From the NCBI RefSeq assembly GCF_009914755.1, contig NC_060941.1: a stretch of DNA of 64,000 nucleotides. One strand, 5' to 3'. Positions 1 to 36,410 of this stretch are shown here, piece after piece (positions within the stretch are counted from its first letter, which is position 1; every line of letters starts with the position of its first letter). The translations under genes and the position numbers were made by a program. The notes under the pieces are model-generated. The model was not told the origin of the DNA. It saw nothing but the letters and a program-made list of their open reading frames with translations, and did not search any database. This stretch comes from the human T2T-CHM13v2.0 reference genome, Homo sapiens.

Positions 1-651
1 TCATAGTTTTGTCAACTGCACTTCCTAGACAAGAAACTTCATTTTAGAGGTGACTTGGGAAAGTCACAGGGTTGGTGGCTGGTGGAGGCAGCAGGGCCAG
101 GACTCTGCCCTTAGTTAGATACATGTATTTTCATCGCACAAGTCTCAGTGTTCCAGTGGGGTGTGACGGTGCCATCATCAGTCTGCAGATTGAGGGAGGT
201 GAGGAGGAAAAAGAGAGGTTGGGAGGTGTGGGGCACACAGGTCAGCAGGTGCGTAAGAGCTGCTGGAGTGGAATAGAAGATGCAGCCAGGGGTAACTCAT
301 GAAGGGCTAGACTGGTTTCCCAATGCTCTGCACAGGAATCCTTGAGTAAATCCCAAGGATCCCCTCCCTGGGCCATTGCCCCACTGCCTCCATCTCTTTG
401 GCTAATTTTAGACTTAGGGACTAGAGTGGTGGGATTAGAGTGGTTGGTGGGCTCAACGTGTAGGGACAATGTGTTGTAATAACTTCACTCAGAAGAAAGC
501 TAATGCCTCACACTGGTTCTGTTGAACACTTATGGAGGGAAAAAAACTTGCTGTGTTTGTGGACAACTATGTCACAAACAGTTAGTAGCCCTAAACTTAG
601 TGTGGACATTATATTTCTTGAGCTGAGGCTCCACTACTTGATTATGGCTAA

Positions 652-962
<311 letters not shown>

Positions 963-1038
963 AAGACACTTTAACTCTTTGAGTCTCAGTCTCCTCATCA
1001 CCAAATAAGGATGTTAACTAGTTCCAGGGTTTCTGTGA

Positions 1039-1382
<344 letters not shown>

Positions 1383-3072
1383 CCTTTGTCAACTGTAAAA
1401 ATATTTACATGAAAGGCTTTACTGATACTAAACATGAACCAGACTTCCAGACAAAGTTATTATTAGTCTGTTCTTAAACATGACCTACCTGCCTCTTTCA
1501 TAGAGACCAGATGTCAGGGAGGGGACCTGAGGATCAAGTAGCAGGCTGCAGACAGACTAGGAGTAACAAGGCAGAAGCCACACCAAGAGCAAAGCCTCAG
1601 TTCCCAACCCTGGTGAAACTGCTCCCCTCCAAGACCAGACCATCCTGACCCTTGCTCTATCAGCTACCAGTCCTTTCTTGAGCTGGAGGCTGCATTATCA
1701 ATGCACTGCCACTGAGCTCCTCAGTGTTCTGGGAGACCCTAATTCCACAGTATGTGGCAGGGAGGAAGCAGGGAATGAGGCAAGGGCAGGCAAGGGGAAG
1801 GCAGCCTGGCTACTATTCCTAGTCTCTGTCTGACTTGCATCTGTCCTTGTTGAGCTAGGGAGGAGGCTTGCTCTTCAGGAGAGAAGCCAAACTACTGAGC
1901 AAGACAAGGAGAGATCTTAAGATGCTATGCACTCAGAACTTCGGCAGCCAGGACGGGACTGAAACTCTGACAGACACAATGGGCCAATGGGGCAGGACAT
2001 AGCTCTCATGGCTGCCCTCATAGCCATGGAAAGCAGGGCAGCAGTACCAGGACCGCCCACTCCCAGGGAGCTGTGAACCAAGTCCTTGTCTTAGTTTCTT
2101 TGGGTTCCCAGTAGAGGATGGGACTCCAGCACCTTTCTGCCTGTCTGGGTTGCTGAGTGGCACCACCTGCATGTTCAAGTACCAGAGAAAGCAAGAAAGC
2201 TAATTCAGCAGCAGCTCCCGGGGAGAGCCCACTTGGCACAGTCTGTAGAGTCCAGGAAGGAAAACAGGCCACCCTTCCCCCACAAGCATCAATGCCTATG
2301 CTATGTCTTTTGCTTCCTGTGAGACTGTCAGTTAGGGCCCAGTTCAGTGTAGGGCTGAGGCAGCCTGAATGTGGTTATTTGTGCAAGCTCCTCTTGCCTC
2401 CCCTCCCCACAACTGTTTCCATTCTCACCAAGCAGCCACGTCCGGGTCAGACACCCAGGACAGCAGCTGGGGCTTTCCAAGGGACTTTTTGAGAAGCTAG
2501 TGAAAGTTGGGTGTTGGCTGCACAGCCTGGGCACTTGCTGAAACGCACTTCTTCCATCCAGGACGTAAGCTCTAGCCTGGCAGGGTTGCTTTCAGGTTGA
2601 AATTGAACAGAAATCACCACCCACGGAGCTTTCTGTTTGCTGGGCTGGGGAAATCCTTGAGAAACTCAGTTTGGAGTTGGGGTTATCTGACCATTCCCTC
2701 AGAGCTTGAAGGCACCAGAGAAAATGGTTTTGGTTTGAAGACCATAGTGGACATGAGCAGCCCGGCCAGTCCCAGTTTCCCTCCCATAGGCCTATGTGAG
2801 GACAAGGAAGGGGAGTAGACAAACTAATCAGAGTCAGGTCGCATCTCTCCTCCTTCCCACACTCTCCAGGCCACAGGTAACAAGCAAAATCAACTCAAGA
2901 GCAACACCAGGTGGCTGAGACACAAAGCCCTAGCACAGGCAGCTCTGCCCTAGCACAGCACAGCTCACCCTGCAGTTGTGGTTCTCAGCATTTCCCCTAC
3001 TATTTTGGCTGATTGTGCACATATTCTATGTATTGAAAAATGGCCCAAAAAGGAGAGCAAAAGTATTTCACC

Positions 3073-3078
3073 TTTATA
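3073..3078 (-). terminator. Candidate distal variant poly(A) signal (TATAAA) of SUPT4H1
   Basis: tttata on + in an AT-rich block, followed on the minus strand by U-rich sequence. Confidence 0.4.
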
Positions 3079-3817
3079 ATACTTATATAATTTTCACATA
3101 GCTTCGTTTCTACAATCACAACAATCCTGAGGTAAACAGGCAGGGTGCAATCATTCTCTTTTTAGAGGGAGAACAAGGAACTTAGGGAAATCAAAATGGG
3201 GATACGAACAGGATTTCTGTGGAAATTTAAATGAGAATTTGTGGTAAATTTTTTTATCCTAAAACAACTCACCTTGGCCGAAAAATGGGATGTTACCCAA
3301 GGTCCCCTACTAGGCCGGAGGAGAAAAGGACCTACCTCCTACAGGGGCACAAACAAGGGAGACTAGGACTCAATGGTCGCCCAAGGCCCAAGGGTCTCCA
3401 GTGAGTGCTTGAGACTGGCCTAAGGTATAGGAAGAGCCGTGAAGAGAAGAAAATAGACAAGCAGGGGAGGGAAGAATTATTAAACATGGTCAAGGAGCAC
3501 TCTACAAAGCCTCAGGATTTCTTCAAGGGATACTGCTGTGCCAGGTCTCGAGGGCAGAAGGATACAAGTGTGAGACACCAGGGCCACCAAGTTGATGGGG
3601 TTACTGAGCCTCTGGATCAGCACCCTCCGATAGGAAGCAAGGAAGCACACTACAAAGGCTGCAATCCCAGAGGCTGAGACAGTCAAGAGGGAGTAGAAGG
3701 GCCTCTGCTGCTCTGGGAAGGTTCTTATAGGGCAAATAAGCTATTACTGTGCCTAAGAGAATGGAAGAGGGAGGCAAGGCAGGTGTCATGGCCTTCAGAA
3801 CTTTCTCGAGGTTCATA

Positions 3818-3823
3818 TTTATT
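3818..3823 (-). terminator. Candidate proximal poly(A) signal (AATAAA) of SUPT4H1
   Basis: tttatt on +, ~300 nt downstream of the stop codon. Confidence 0.65.
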
Positions 3824-4120
3824 GACATTTGACCTAGAGTCCTTGGCATGGGGAAGGCACAGACCTGGGCCACGGGTAGGAAAATCAGCATCCTACTCTC
3901 TCCTCAATTCCATCTGTTAATCCACCAACCCAAATCCCTCCCACCCCACCTGTAGTCCAAAGAAGATAAAATGATAAAATGATGTGCTGCTCTCTCAACA
4001 GTCAGCTGAGTCTGAATTGGAGGGTAGGAAGTATTTGAAGTTCTGTTCATTTAGTTCCAGAACAAGAAATAAGCAGAGGCAGGAGGTGGAGAGCAAAGAT
4101 GCTGGCAGCCTTGCATCTTG

Positions 4121-10420
<6,300 letters not shown>

Positions 10421-11549
10421 AAGTTTGTTTTTTTTTGTTTTGTCTCCCCGTTTTAGAAGCATTGGGGGCAGTGAATCCACTGTCTCCCTCTGGATTGTCT
10501 CTGCAGAGACCGAGAAGAAATCCAGGGACAGCCCCACCCCTCCTTCCTAACTGCGAGAGCGCTATAGGGTTTCCACTTGCTTCCCACAGGAATGCTGGCC
10601 TGGGAGCTACGGCGGAAAAAAATGCGTATTTATCTTTTAAAACTCCGTCTGTTTGCTCGTTCCGGCTGATAATTTATACTTTGCGCAGTTCTTAGCGCTT
10701 AGACACGGTTCCTTTACTAAAGACCATTTGTAGGAGATTAGGTGTCCTTTTTTTCCCTTTCATTTCACCGTCTAGGAAGCGAAATGCCTTGTTCTATAGG
10801 CACTAAACCACCACCCCTACCAAACCTTTCTCGGGGAAGCAGAAGGGGAACTTGTGCCTTGTGAGGAAGCGACAAAGGCCCCTTCTGGCCCTGGAGACTT
10901 CACGCCAATGGAGCACCAGCTCTCTGTCCTCGCAATAGCCCGAGTGCAGGCAGAACGCAGTCATTTGTGTTTATCTGAGAGGAGCTTTGGGATATAAATA
11001 GTTTCAGGCCCCGCTGCGCTGTCATTCCAGCCCAGCCTCCTGATTGAGCTGCTTCCGGGCGGGCTTTCTTCTTGTTGGCGGTCCCATGCTGTGTTCAGAT
11101 GGGCTCTGTGACAGGTTTGGATGTTTTCTATCACTGAATAAAACTTTCCACTTTGGAACATATTTTCTACACTCTATTATCTCATGTAAGTCCTGCAACA
11201 ACTATTAAGTAGGCCCATTTTATGGACTGAAAAAGCGAGGCACAGAGTATTTGCCCAAGGTCTGAGTCACTGAAGTATGATAATGTGTGAAGTGAACAGT
11301 ATAATAATAATGACTGAAGCACAGTAAGAATCCAGTCATGCTTTCTCCTTCCCTGATCTCACTAAGCCACACTTTTAGGGGCTTACAAACCAGTTCTTAT
11401 TGCCAAGCCCTCTACTCTACCCTATCCTTTCATGAATCGGAGCCTAGCCTCTGATAACATAAATAATTTACTTCTCTTGATGTAGAAAGAGATGACGTTG
11501 TTACCCTGAGTGACAGTCACGACAGAACAAAACCACAAGACCAGACCAC

Positions 11550-12817
11550 ATTTGTGGATAAATATATTAGCAAATAAATATATTTCTTAACATAGTGCCT
11601 GATTCAAGCGTCTGTCTGGTTCAGATATAAATACCCATGTGGGTACCTAGGTGCTAGTCTCCCCACTAACTGAGGGAAAAAGGTTCCCAGGTGGGGTCCT
11701 CTGCCCACTTTGCCACCACATTCACATTCCAAATGGGATAATGCCTGAGGGGCCAAGAGTGGTCAGGCTGCCCTGGGGTGAATGTCACCCTGATGAGGCC
11801 CATCAGCTCTTGTCCACTCAGTGAGGCCAGACTTGTGCTCTAATCCACTCTCCTGTGGGTCCCTGGCCTGTATGGCTTATACTGGGGAGCTGGGCCTCTG
11901 GGCTGTCCAAACCCAAGGGTCACACTTTGCTTTTCCTTTGTTGTCCCCATTTTCCATCCTTGCTCTAAGACAAAACTTTTCCCAGAGAAGAACTCTTTGT
12001 TGTCCCCGCTCAGCTGTAATTCTGCCTTTTCTACCTTCATTCCATCCTTCCTCTGCCCAGATAAAGTCCAGCAGAAATTCCTCCTTTCTACCTCTCTGGG
12101 ACTCTGAGACAGGAAATCTTCAAGGAGGAGTTTTTCCCTCCCCACTATTCTTATTCTCAACCCCCAGAGGAACCAAGGCTGCTGTACCCACCTCAGGGAC
12201 AGAACTCCACACTATAGTGGGAAAGCTTCAGGGACCCCTCCTTTTAGTGCTCAGGGCTCACCTATGCTACTGGTCCTTTTGGCAAAAAAGGAAAATGATA
12301 GAGCCAGGGTTGCCCCTGATGTAGCAGCCTTACTGTGGAGGGGCCAAAGCTGGTGTTCAGAGCTCACCCAAGGAGGGAGGTGATAAGGTGTCATGCGTTC
12401 TGCTGAACCCACTGGCTGGTATGAACATGAGGCTTGGGGTGAGGGAAACCAAGTAGGGGTTGGAGAAGGAGCAGCACCTTTGTAACACCTGGCTACCCAT
12501 AGCTAGCTTTCTGCCCTCAAAAACTCAGCCTTCAAGGGATCCAGCCCACACACGCCACAGGCAGCAGCTGGTTGCCTGGCTGGACATGGATTTGCTGCAC
12601 TGCAGATGTTTTCTGCAGACAAGGTCTGGAGCTGGAGCAGGAAACGGCACCCTCTCACCCTCCACCATCACCAGTCCTCTTCCAGTGCTTCTAGGAAGTA
12701 CGGCAAAAAGAATGGTGTTTGCTGTGGTCCTTTCCTTTCCCAGGAGCAGGACTCTGTGCCAGGTAGGGCCCAAACACATCTGGAGCACACTCTTGGTTGG
12801 AGCTAGGCCTGAACATC
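11550..12817 (-). other. RNF43: RNF43 3' UTR (approximate 3' end)
   Basis: Follows the stop codon; only variant hexamers found (AATATA at 11579-11584 and 11563-11568, AGTAAA at 11467-11472), so the end position is inferred. Confidence 0.6.
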
Positions 12818-28909
<16,092 letters not shown>

Positions 28910-31394
28910 CTGCAGAGAGAGACAGACTTGGGTTAGGGAGGCTTTAGGCAGCAGGAGTGAGCTGTGAGAGCCATATACCTCTCCATTTTTCTAGGGAGGT
29001 ACCAGGCAGGTCTCTTGGTGCTGTAAAAGAGTAGGCCTTATGATTGGATTGCCTCTTAGTAAGCTAGTGACCACTGTTTGTCACTTCAGGATGCTGGGGC
29101 CAAGGACACAGGTAGTGGAGGCAGATAGGAGGGAGAGGGTGTCCCAGAGGGGACCTAAATGAAGAGCTTGCTGCAAAGCAACTCTAACAACCTTCAACTC
29201 CAACAATCCTACTTCTCTAAACTGGCCAGACGCAGAGGGCTCCTCTCCTGGCCCCAGCCTCTCTACCTCCTGATCCTTCTACCTGCTCCCCAAGCCCCAG
29301 GCTAAGAGAATATCCATGTGTGCCTGCATCAGTGCTTTCAGAATGCCCATGGGCAGTGCTGGATGCTGCTGGTGCCTCCTGCCTCCTCGGGATGCCCCCA
29401 GGCAACTGTTGCCCTGTAGATTCCCATTTCTCAGGAGGCTGGGTCATCTCACTCGGTGCTACCTTGCTTCTCTCACTAGCCCCTTTTTTGCCTCTGCCCT
29501 GTACCCATCCTGGGATCAAGCATGGTGTTGACAGAGAGGTGAGACTATCTTGCAATGAGGCTTGGCTAAGACATAAGCTTTGACAGCTCACCCTGGTCCC
29601 AGGAATGATGCCGTGGAGGTGGAGCCAGCCCAGCCCATCTGCTCTAAGGGCAGATCCTGTCCAAGACCCTGTGCCTCTGAGCCCAGCTGGTGCTGAACAA
29701 TGACTAAAGGAGAACGTGCTGACAGAAATCTGAGGCTCTCCTCATCAAAGGGGTGAGACCACCTTACTCTCTCTTCTCATTCACAGCGATTTGTACACCC
29801 ATTTGAATCTAATTTTCCCTAAACAAAATGTCAGAGTGCAATGAGAACAAAGTATGACTTATTTGGCCCTGAATAATCCTATGGTCCAGGGACTCCTATA
29901 TAGTAGAAACCCCACATATCCTGGCAAGAAAGAGATTTCTTATTAGAGAGCTGCCCACACTTCCCCCTCTACTACTGTTGATGTCTGAAGGACTTCCAGA
30001 AAGAACCATCAGAGGAACCACAGAGAATCTTGAATTTATAAAGATGTTTATGAAGATAATGTCAATGATGGATTTAAAAGCACACTTTCTGAAAGCTCTT
30101 TCAGGCTATTTCCTCTCACTGTGTCACCGCGGTCCCTTGAACATAGTAGGTTCTCAATAACTATCTACTACCTTGCTTTGAATCAAAATCTCTGGGCAGG
30201 GGGTGTTGAGATAGGAAGGAGTTCCATTCTTGCTCCCAGAGTTTAAGGCCTACTAGTCTGGTAGTGAGCAAGGTTTAGTGTGGGAGAAAGGTTATCATGT
30301 GCCCCTGCCCCAAGAAAAAGGCTGGGGCATGAGGGTGGAGTTGTTCTTACATCAGTGAAGCTGTAGCCCCTGTCTCAACAAGCTGCATTAGTCTCTCTAT
30401 CTGTCCATGCATCCATTCATTTCTTTGTTCTGCCAGCACGGAAGGCCCCCTTGGTGTCAGGCTCTGTCCAATGCAGTGAGGAGCTAATGATGAGTAAGAG
30501 AGGCTCCTTGCCTTAAAGCAGCTCAAAAGACAAGCATGCAAACACATCGTGATGTTACAATGCAAGGGGCCTATGGGAGGGCACAAAGAGGGGCAGCTAA
30601 CAATACATATGGGAAGCAGAGCAGTTTTCACAAGAGGTGACTGGAGAGCTACCTGGAAGGCTAACTAGGTATGTGTTCACCTCAGGGACCAATGAAAGGG
30701 AGCGGGGTTGGGGAGCCACATTCCTGGCAGAGGAAGCCACTGCACCAAGGAACAGAGGCCTAGCACGAGGCTGAGGTAGACTGTGGGCAGTGAGGTCTGG
30801 CACGAAAGGGAAGGCAGGACATAAGGCTGGAAGGATCTGCAAGAGTCAGGCCACAGAGCTGAGACCACAGATTTGCACTGGAGACCAATTTCTCTGAAGA
30901 CTGTGGAGGAGACTCTGGTGTGGTGGGGAATCTGAAGGCAGCTGCTCCACCAGAGCAGAAGATGGAGGCCTTCCCTGAGGAAGGACAAATCGCAGCCACA
31001 GAAGGTTCTGCTCTGCTTGCTCCTCGACCCTCCCCACACGGTCCAGCCTTCTCCTGATGACTCCAAGATGCCGCTCACTGACCAGAGGGTCGCCTGGGAG
31101 AGGAAAGTCACTTTGGAGAAGTTCCTACAGTGTGTCTGCAGATATTTAAACAGCACTCTTCCCCAGGTTTGAACAGGGAACCAGCATCTACAGCTCAGTG
31201 CTGCATTGTAGGATACCTCTGACAAGGTGGAAGGGAAAAAAAACCTGGTATGAGCCACCAAACTTGCCTGGTTCCGAATTAACAACTATGGAAGAAGGAA
31301 TGGAAGGAAATTAAACATCAATAAAGGCCTCTTGTGTGCCAGAGCTTTTAGACATTATTTCACCATAAGGTAGGTGTTATAGCCATTTTTAAAA

Positions 31395-31697
31395 ACAATT
31401 ATTTAATTTTTATGTGCACATAGTAGGTGTATATATTTATGGGATACATGATATGTTTTGATATAGGCATGCAATGTGTAATAATCACATCATGGAGAAT
31501 GGAATATCCATCTCCTCAAGCATTAATCCCTTGTATTACAAACAATTCAATTATACTCTTTTAGTTATTTTTAAATGTACAATAAAATTATTGTTGACTA
31601 TAGTCACCCCATTGTACTATCAAATACTAGGCCTTATTCATTCATTTTAACTTTTTTTTTAAAACCCATTAACCATCTCCATCTCCCCACTACCCCT
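31395..31697 (-). mobile_element. L1MA-type 3' end fragment
   Basis: atagtaggtgtatatatttatggg..catg..atgttttgata..ggcatgcaatg motif; flanking atagcca repeat. Confidence 0.75.
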
Positions 31698-32188
31698 ATC
31701 ATAGCCACTTAAAGAAGAGAAGCTTGAGGCTGAGAGAAATCAAGGTCACACAAGATTTGAACTCAACTGTGCCTGACTCCATTGTCGGAGCCATGGAGCT
31801 CCAAATGAACCCTCCATCCAGCAACCCTCCATCCATCTCCATGCTAATGATAGTCAGGATGGGGACAGTACAGTTTATATTTATTGGGTAAATACTGTGG
31901 GCCAGTGATTGTTCTATGCACGTTTTCATATTAACTCTTTTCATCCTCATAACAACACTATCAGGTAGAGATTGTTATTGTTCCCATTTTAAAGATGAGG
32001 AAACTGAGGCACTAAAAGGTTAAATAACATGCCCAAGATTACACAGCTAGTAAGTGGTAGAGATTAGAAAAAAAAAGGAAAGTAGTAGTAGGATAAGGTT
32101 AAAAAAATATTTAAGAACAATTTACATTTTATTTTGAAAACATGATACCTTCCCCGAACTCATTTACTAAGAAAATTTATCTTACTAA

Positions 32189-32566
<378 letters not shown>

Positions 32567-35500
32567 CCCTCTTTTCACTCTTGATGACTTCTCTGGGTGA
32601 CAGCAGCCAATCCCATGGCTACGGTGCCCACACAGAGGTCAGTGATTACATATGTACAGTTTGGTCTTCTCTTGAGCTCCAGACCCTTATGTCTAACCCT
32701 GGACGTTTCTACCTTAATAATCTTAAGTAGAACACCTCAAACTCAGCATGCTCAAGACTGAACTCATTCTATCCCCAAAACTGCTCCTCCAGTGTTTGCT
32801 GTCTCTGGGATTGGAACCATCATCCATCTATTACCCAAGCAAGATGCTGTCCTCCTAGCCTCCATCTCCTTCACCCCCACTCTAACCACCAATATCCAAT
32901 CAATCGCCAAATTCTAACAATTCTACCTCCTAAATATTTGTCTTATTTTATTCTTTCTTCCATTCTCACTATCGCTATTGTAATACAGGCCACCATCACT
33001 GCCAACCCTATTTACCGAAATAACCTACTCCCTAGGGTCACTTCATCCCATTCGTTCTCTATATTGCAGCCAAAGTGGTCTAAAATGCTAACTTGAGCAC
33101 GTTACTCTTCTACTTGCAGCTCTTACAAGGCTCCTCATAGCTCCTGAAATAAAGTCTGTACTCTTAAACATAGCTGAAAAGGCTCTGCCTGGTCTGGGCC
33201 CTGCCTCATGGCTTAACATTCCCATCCTATATCTCTTCCCACCTTGCGACCTATGTTCCAGAAATAATAACTTGTTTCATTTCCCTGAACACCTTTGGCA
33301 CTTGCTGCTCTGTCCGGCATTTCCCTAATCATACATTACCCCACGGTATTGTAATTGTCGGCTTACTTCCCTCTCTTCTCCAGATGATGACTGAGTCTAG
33401 CCTGCCCCCCACTGCCTGTTACTTTGTGGGCACTCAATCAATATTTGTTGATTAAATATTGGAAGTCTATAACCAGATAATTGACGATAGTTAACTATGA
33501 AGACAAGACAGAGCACACCCAAATCCTATAATGGTTGCTCTGGGAGAGGAATTAGAGAGGGGGTAGTAGAGAGGGACTTTGGTGTTTTGCTTTGAATACT
33601 TTGATCAGAAGATAATACATGAGATTTGAGTTTTGTTTTTTGCTGTTGTAGAAGAATAAAAAAGAACGACAGTTATTTATATTTTGTTCCATGTCTTTTC
33701 CCTCCTTCCCTTCCAAGAAGATGGCTTCACCTTCTATTTCCTTGCCTTAGGGGCATTTGCCAAAAGCAAATGTTGTTTAAAGTTCTCCCTTCCTGGCTTT
33801 TGCAGAAAAACTGAACTCACTGAGGAAGTGTGAGTGTCCTGAAGGCAGAAGGGCCTGTGGTGAAGGGAGGGGTCAAAGTCTCAGAACCAGGAGGGCAGGA
33901 AGGAGGTGTCTGGAGCCAGTGTGAGGGGCCTGGAGCCATGCTGAGTAGTGGGAAGCTGCAGCCTGTGCCCCAGAAGCGGTGGGTCCCTGGAGAAGGACTG
34001 AGTACTAGACCCCAGGAGGCTGGCCCCTGGGAGAGATGATGTGCCTGCGTGGATTTCAAGGGAATGCCTGTGTTTGGACAAGAAACATATCTGTGGTGGC
34101 CAGCATGGATGAATATCAGAGGGGTCCCTTGGATATCTTGGTTTTCATAAAACTCTGGGACTTTTGTGCTACTCTATGAGGAGAAGTGCCCTTGAAAACA
34201 AATGTCTATGCAGCTAATGGGATAGGACCTTGGTGTTAGATTTGATAAAAAAAAATAAATAAATAAAGTAACATGATCTTTCTAGTACAATTATATCTGT
34301 GGTATGACAATCATACTCATTATACTTTTGTATGGCTTGACTCTTTTACAATGAGAGCTTTTCAAATATTCTCAAATTAAAAACAAATAATAGCCATTTG
34401 AACTAGGACTCAGTTCAGCACCTAGCAAGAAAGACAGCATTGGCATTCCCTGGGTATAACACAGGGGCTGTCTTTGCCCTTCCTCCAAGGAATTTTCAGC
34501 CAGGAAGCGGGCTCTTGAGAAAACAGATGCAAATACATCTGTCTCCTTGGAATGCAAGGTCTCCTAATCATGAAGATGCAAACACGATTTCTACAGTGGG
34601 CCACCTGTCCCCTCAGTGACACCAGGGGAGGGTCAAGAGAAATGAGCTTGCCTGATTTGAGAAGGGTGTGGTTGTGGAGGGCTCATGGAAACTTGGTGAA
34701 TTTGACTTCCTCAAAGGCCAGGAGTTAGGACACCACTGTCTCACAGGCTGCCATGAGGGGCAAATTAAGAGGCACTTGCTTTCAAGCACGAGTTGGGTCA
34801 TTCTGACTCAGAATTCAGCTTTGCATACATATTTTATACCCCCTGTGTAAAGACATGTGAACTGTCCTTCGGTGGTGTGTGTTGTATTTCATATTCCTGA
34901 GTCTATTCTCCCTGTGTCCTCCTTATTTGTTCTGATTTTTTCCCCGCCCTCCCAAGACAGACCTAGAGTTCAGATTCTGACCCCATCATTTACCTGTGTG
35001 ACCTTGGGCATGTTAATCTTTCTGAGCCTCATATTGCTCGTCTTTGGAATGGGAACAAGAATGCTTTGTGTAGACAGGAGATAATGGATATCAGTGCCTA
35101 GCAAAAAGCCTGACACTTAGTAAGTGCTCACTTAATGGCAGCTGTTTTTATTACTGCATCTATAATAAAGTCCCTTCTTATTCCTGGAAGGGACAAGGCC
35201 TTTTCTGAACCCCTCCCCCGTTCTTTGGTAATCAACAGTGCTTCTGAATGCCAGTGTTCTGCAAGGCGCATTCTGGGACAGCTCATTATCCACAGTCACT
35301 TCCCTCCTGTTCTCAGCCCTCCAAACCCCACTGAACAAGCTCTTCCAGTTCTCAGCCTGCCTCCTTCCCATGAAGGAAGCCATGTGATCTCATTACCTCC
35401 TCACAAAGGGCATTTCAGGGCTCAACTGGGCCTGGAACTTAATGCTGGTCTCCCCTTATCCATGGCATCTCCTCCTCTTTGGGTGTGTGCTTCTGCAAGC

Positions 35501-36063
35501 AATTCTTCACTGTCTCCTGTTTCCCAGGAACTCTCCTCCCCACCCACCCACCCACCCCCTCCTGCCCCCACCACCGACCTCTGCTGCAATTGTCTCTTAG
35601 TTCTCTGATTCCACGTACAGACCTTCAACCAGGCCTTGGACAGGTAACTTTACTGCTTGCTACAATTTTGCCTTTGTAATCAAGAACATTGGCCAGGCAT
35701 CAAAGGCATCATTCTCCCCATTTCCTCTTTTCAGATTTTACAATCATCCTTTCCTGCACAACCTCCATTAGCTGAACTTTTATCTTAGGTAGGAGGACAC
35801 ACCGGCATCATAAAGTAAAGCTCCTGCAGATATGGGGGTGGGAAAAAAACAGGTTGGCCTGAAGTTGCTTCTTCCGGATCCCGGCACCAGAATAGGCCCA
35901 CCACTGAGGCCCAGCTTGGTCACCTTGCCTTGTATTGAAGGGAGTCAATGCTCACATCTACAGGTTAGATCCTAATGGTGATTGTTCAGGCTTAGATTTG
36001 GGAACCTCAAGACCTCTTTCAAAACCTTACATAAACTTGTCACTATCTCTCTGAGATGACTGA

Positions 36064-36410
<347 letters not shown>

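Noticed and set aside
30677-31285. 202-aa minus-strand ORF in intron 2
   Set aside because: Non-ATG start, no recognisable homology, partly over decayed repeat-like sequence; chance ORF length is plausible
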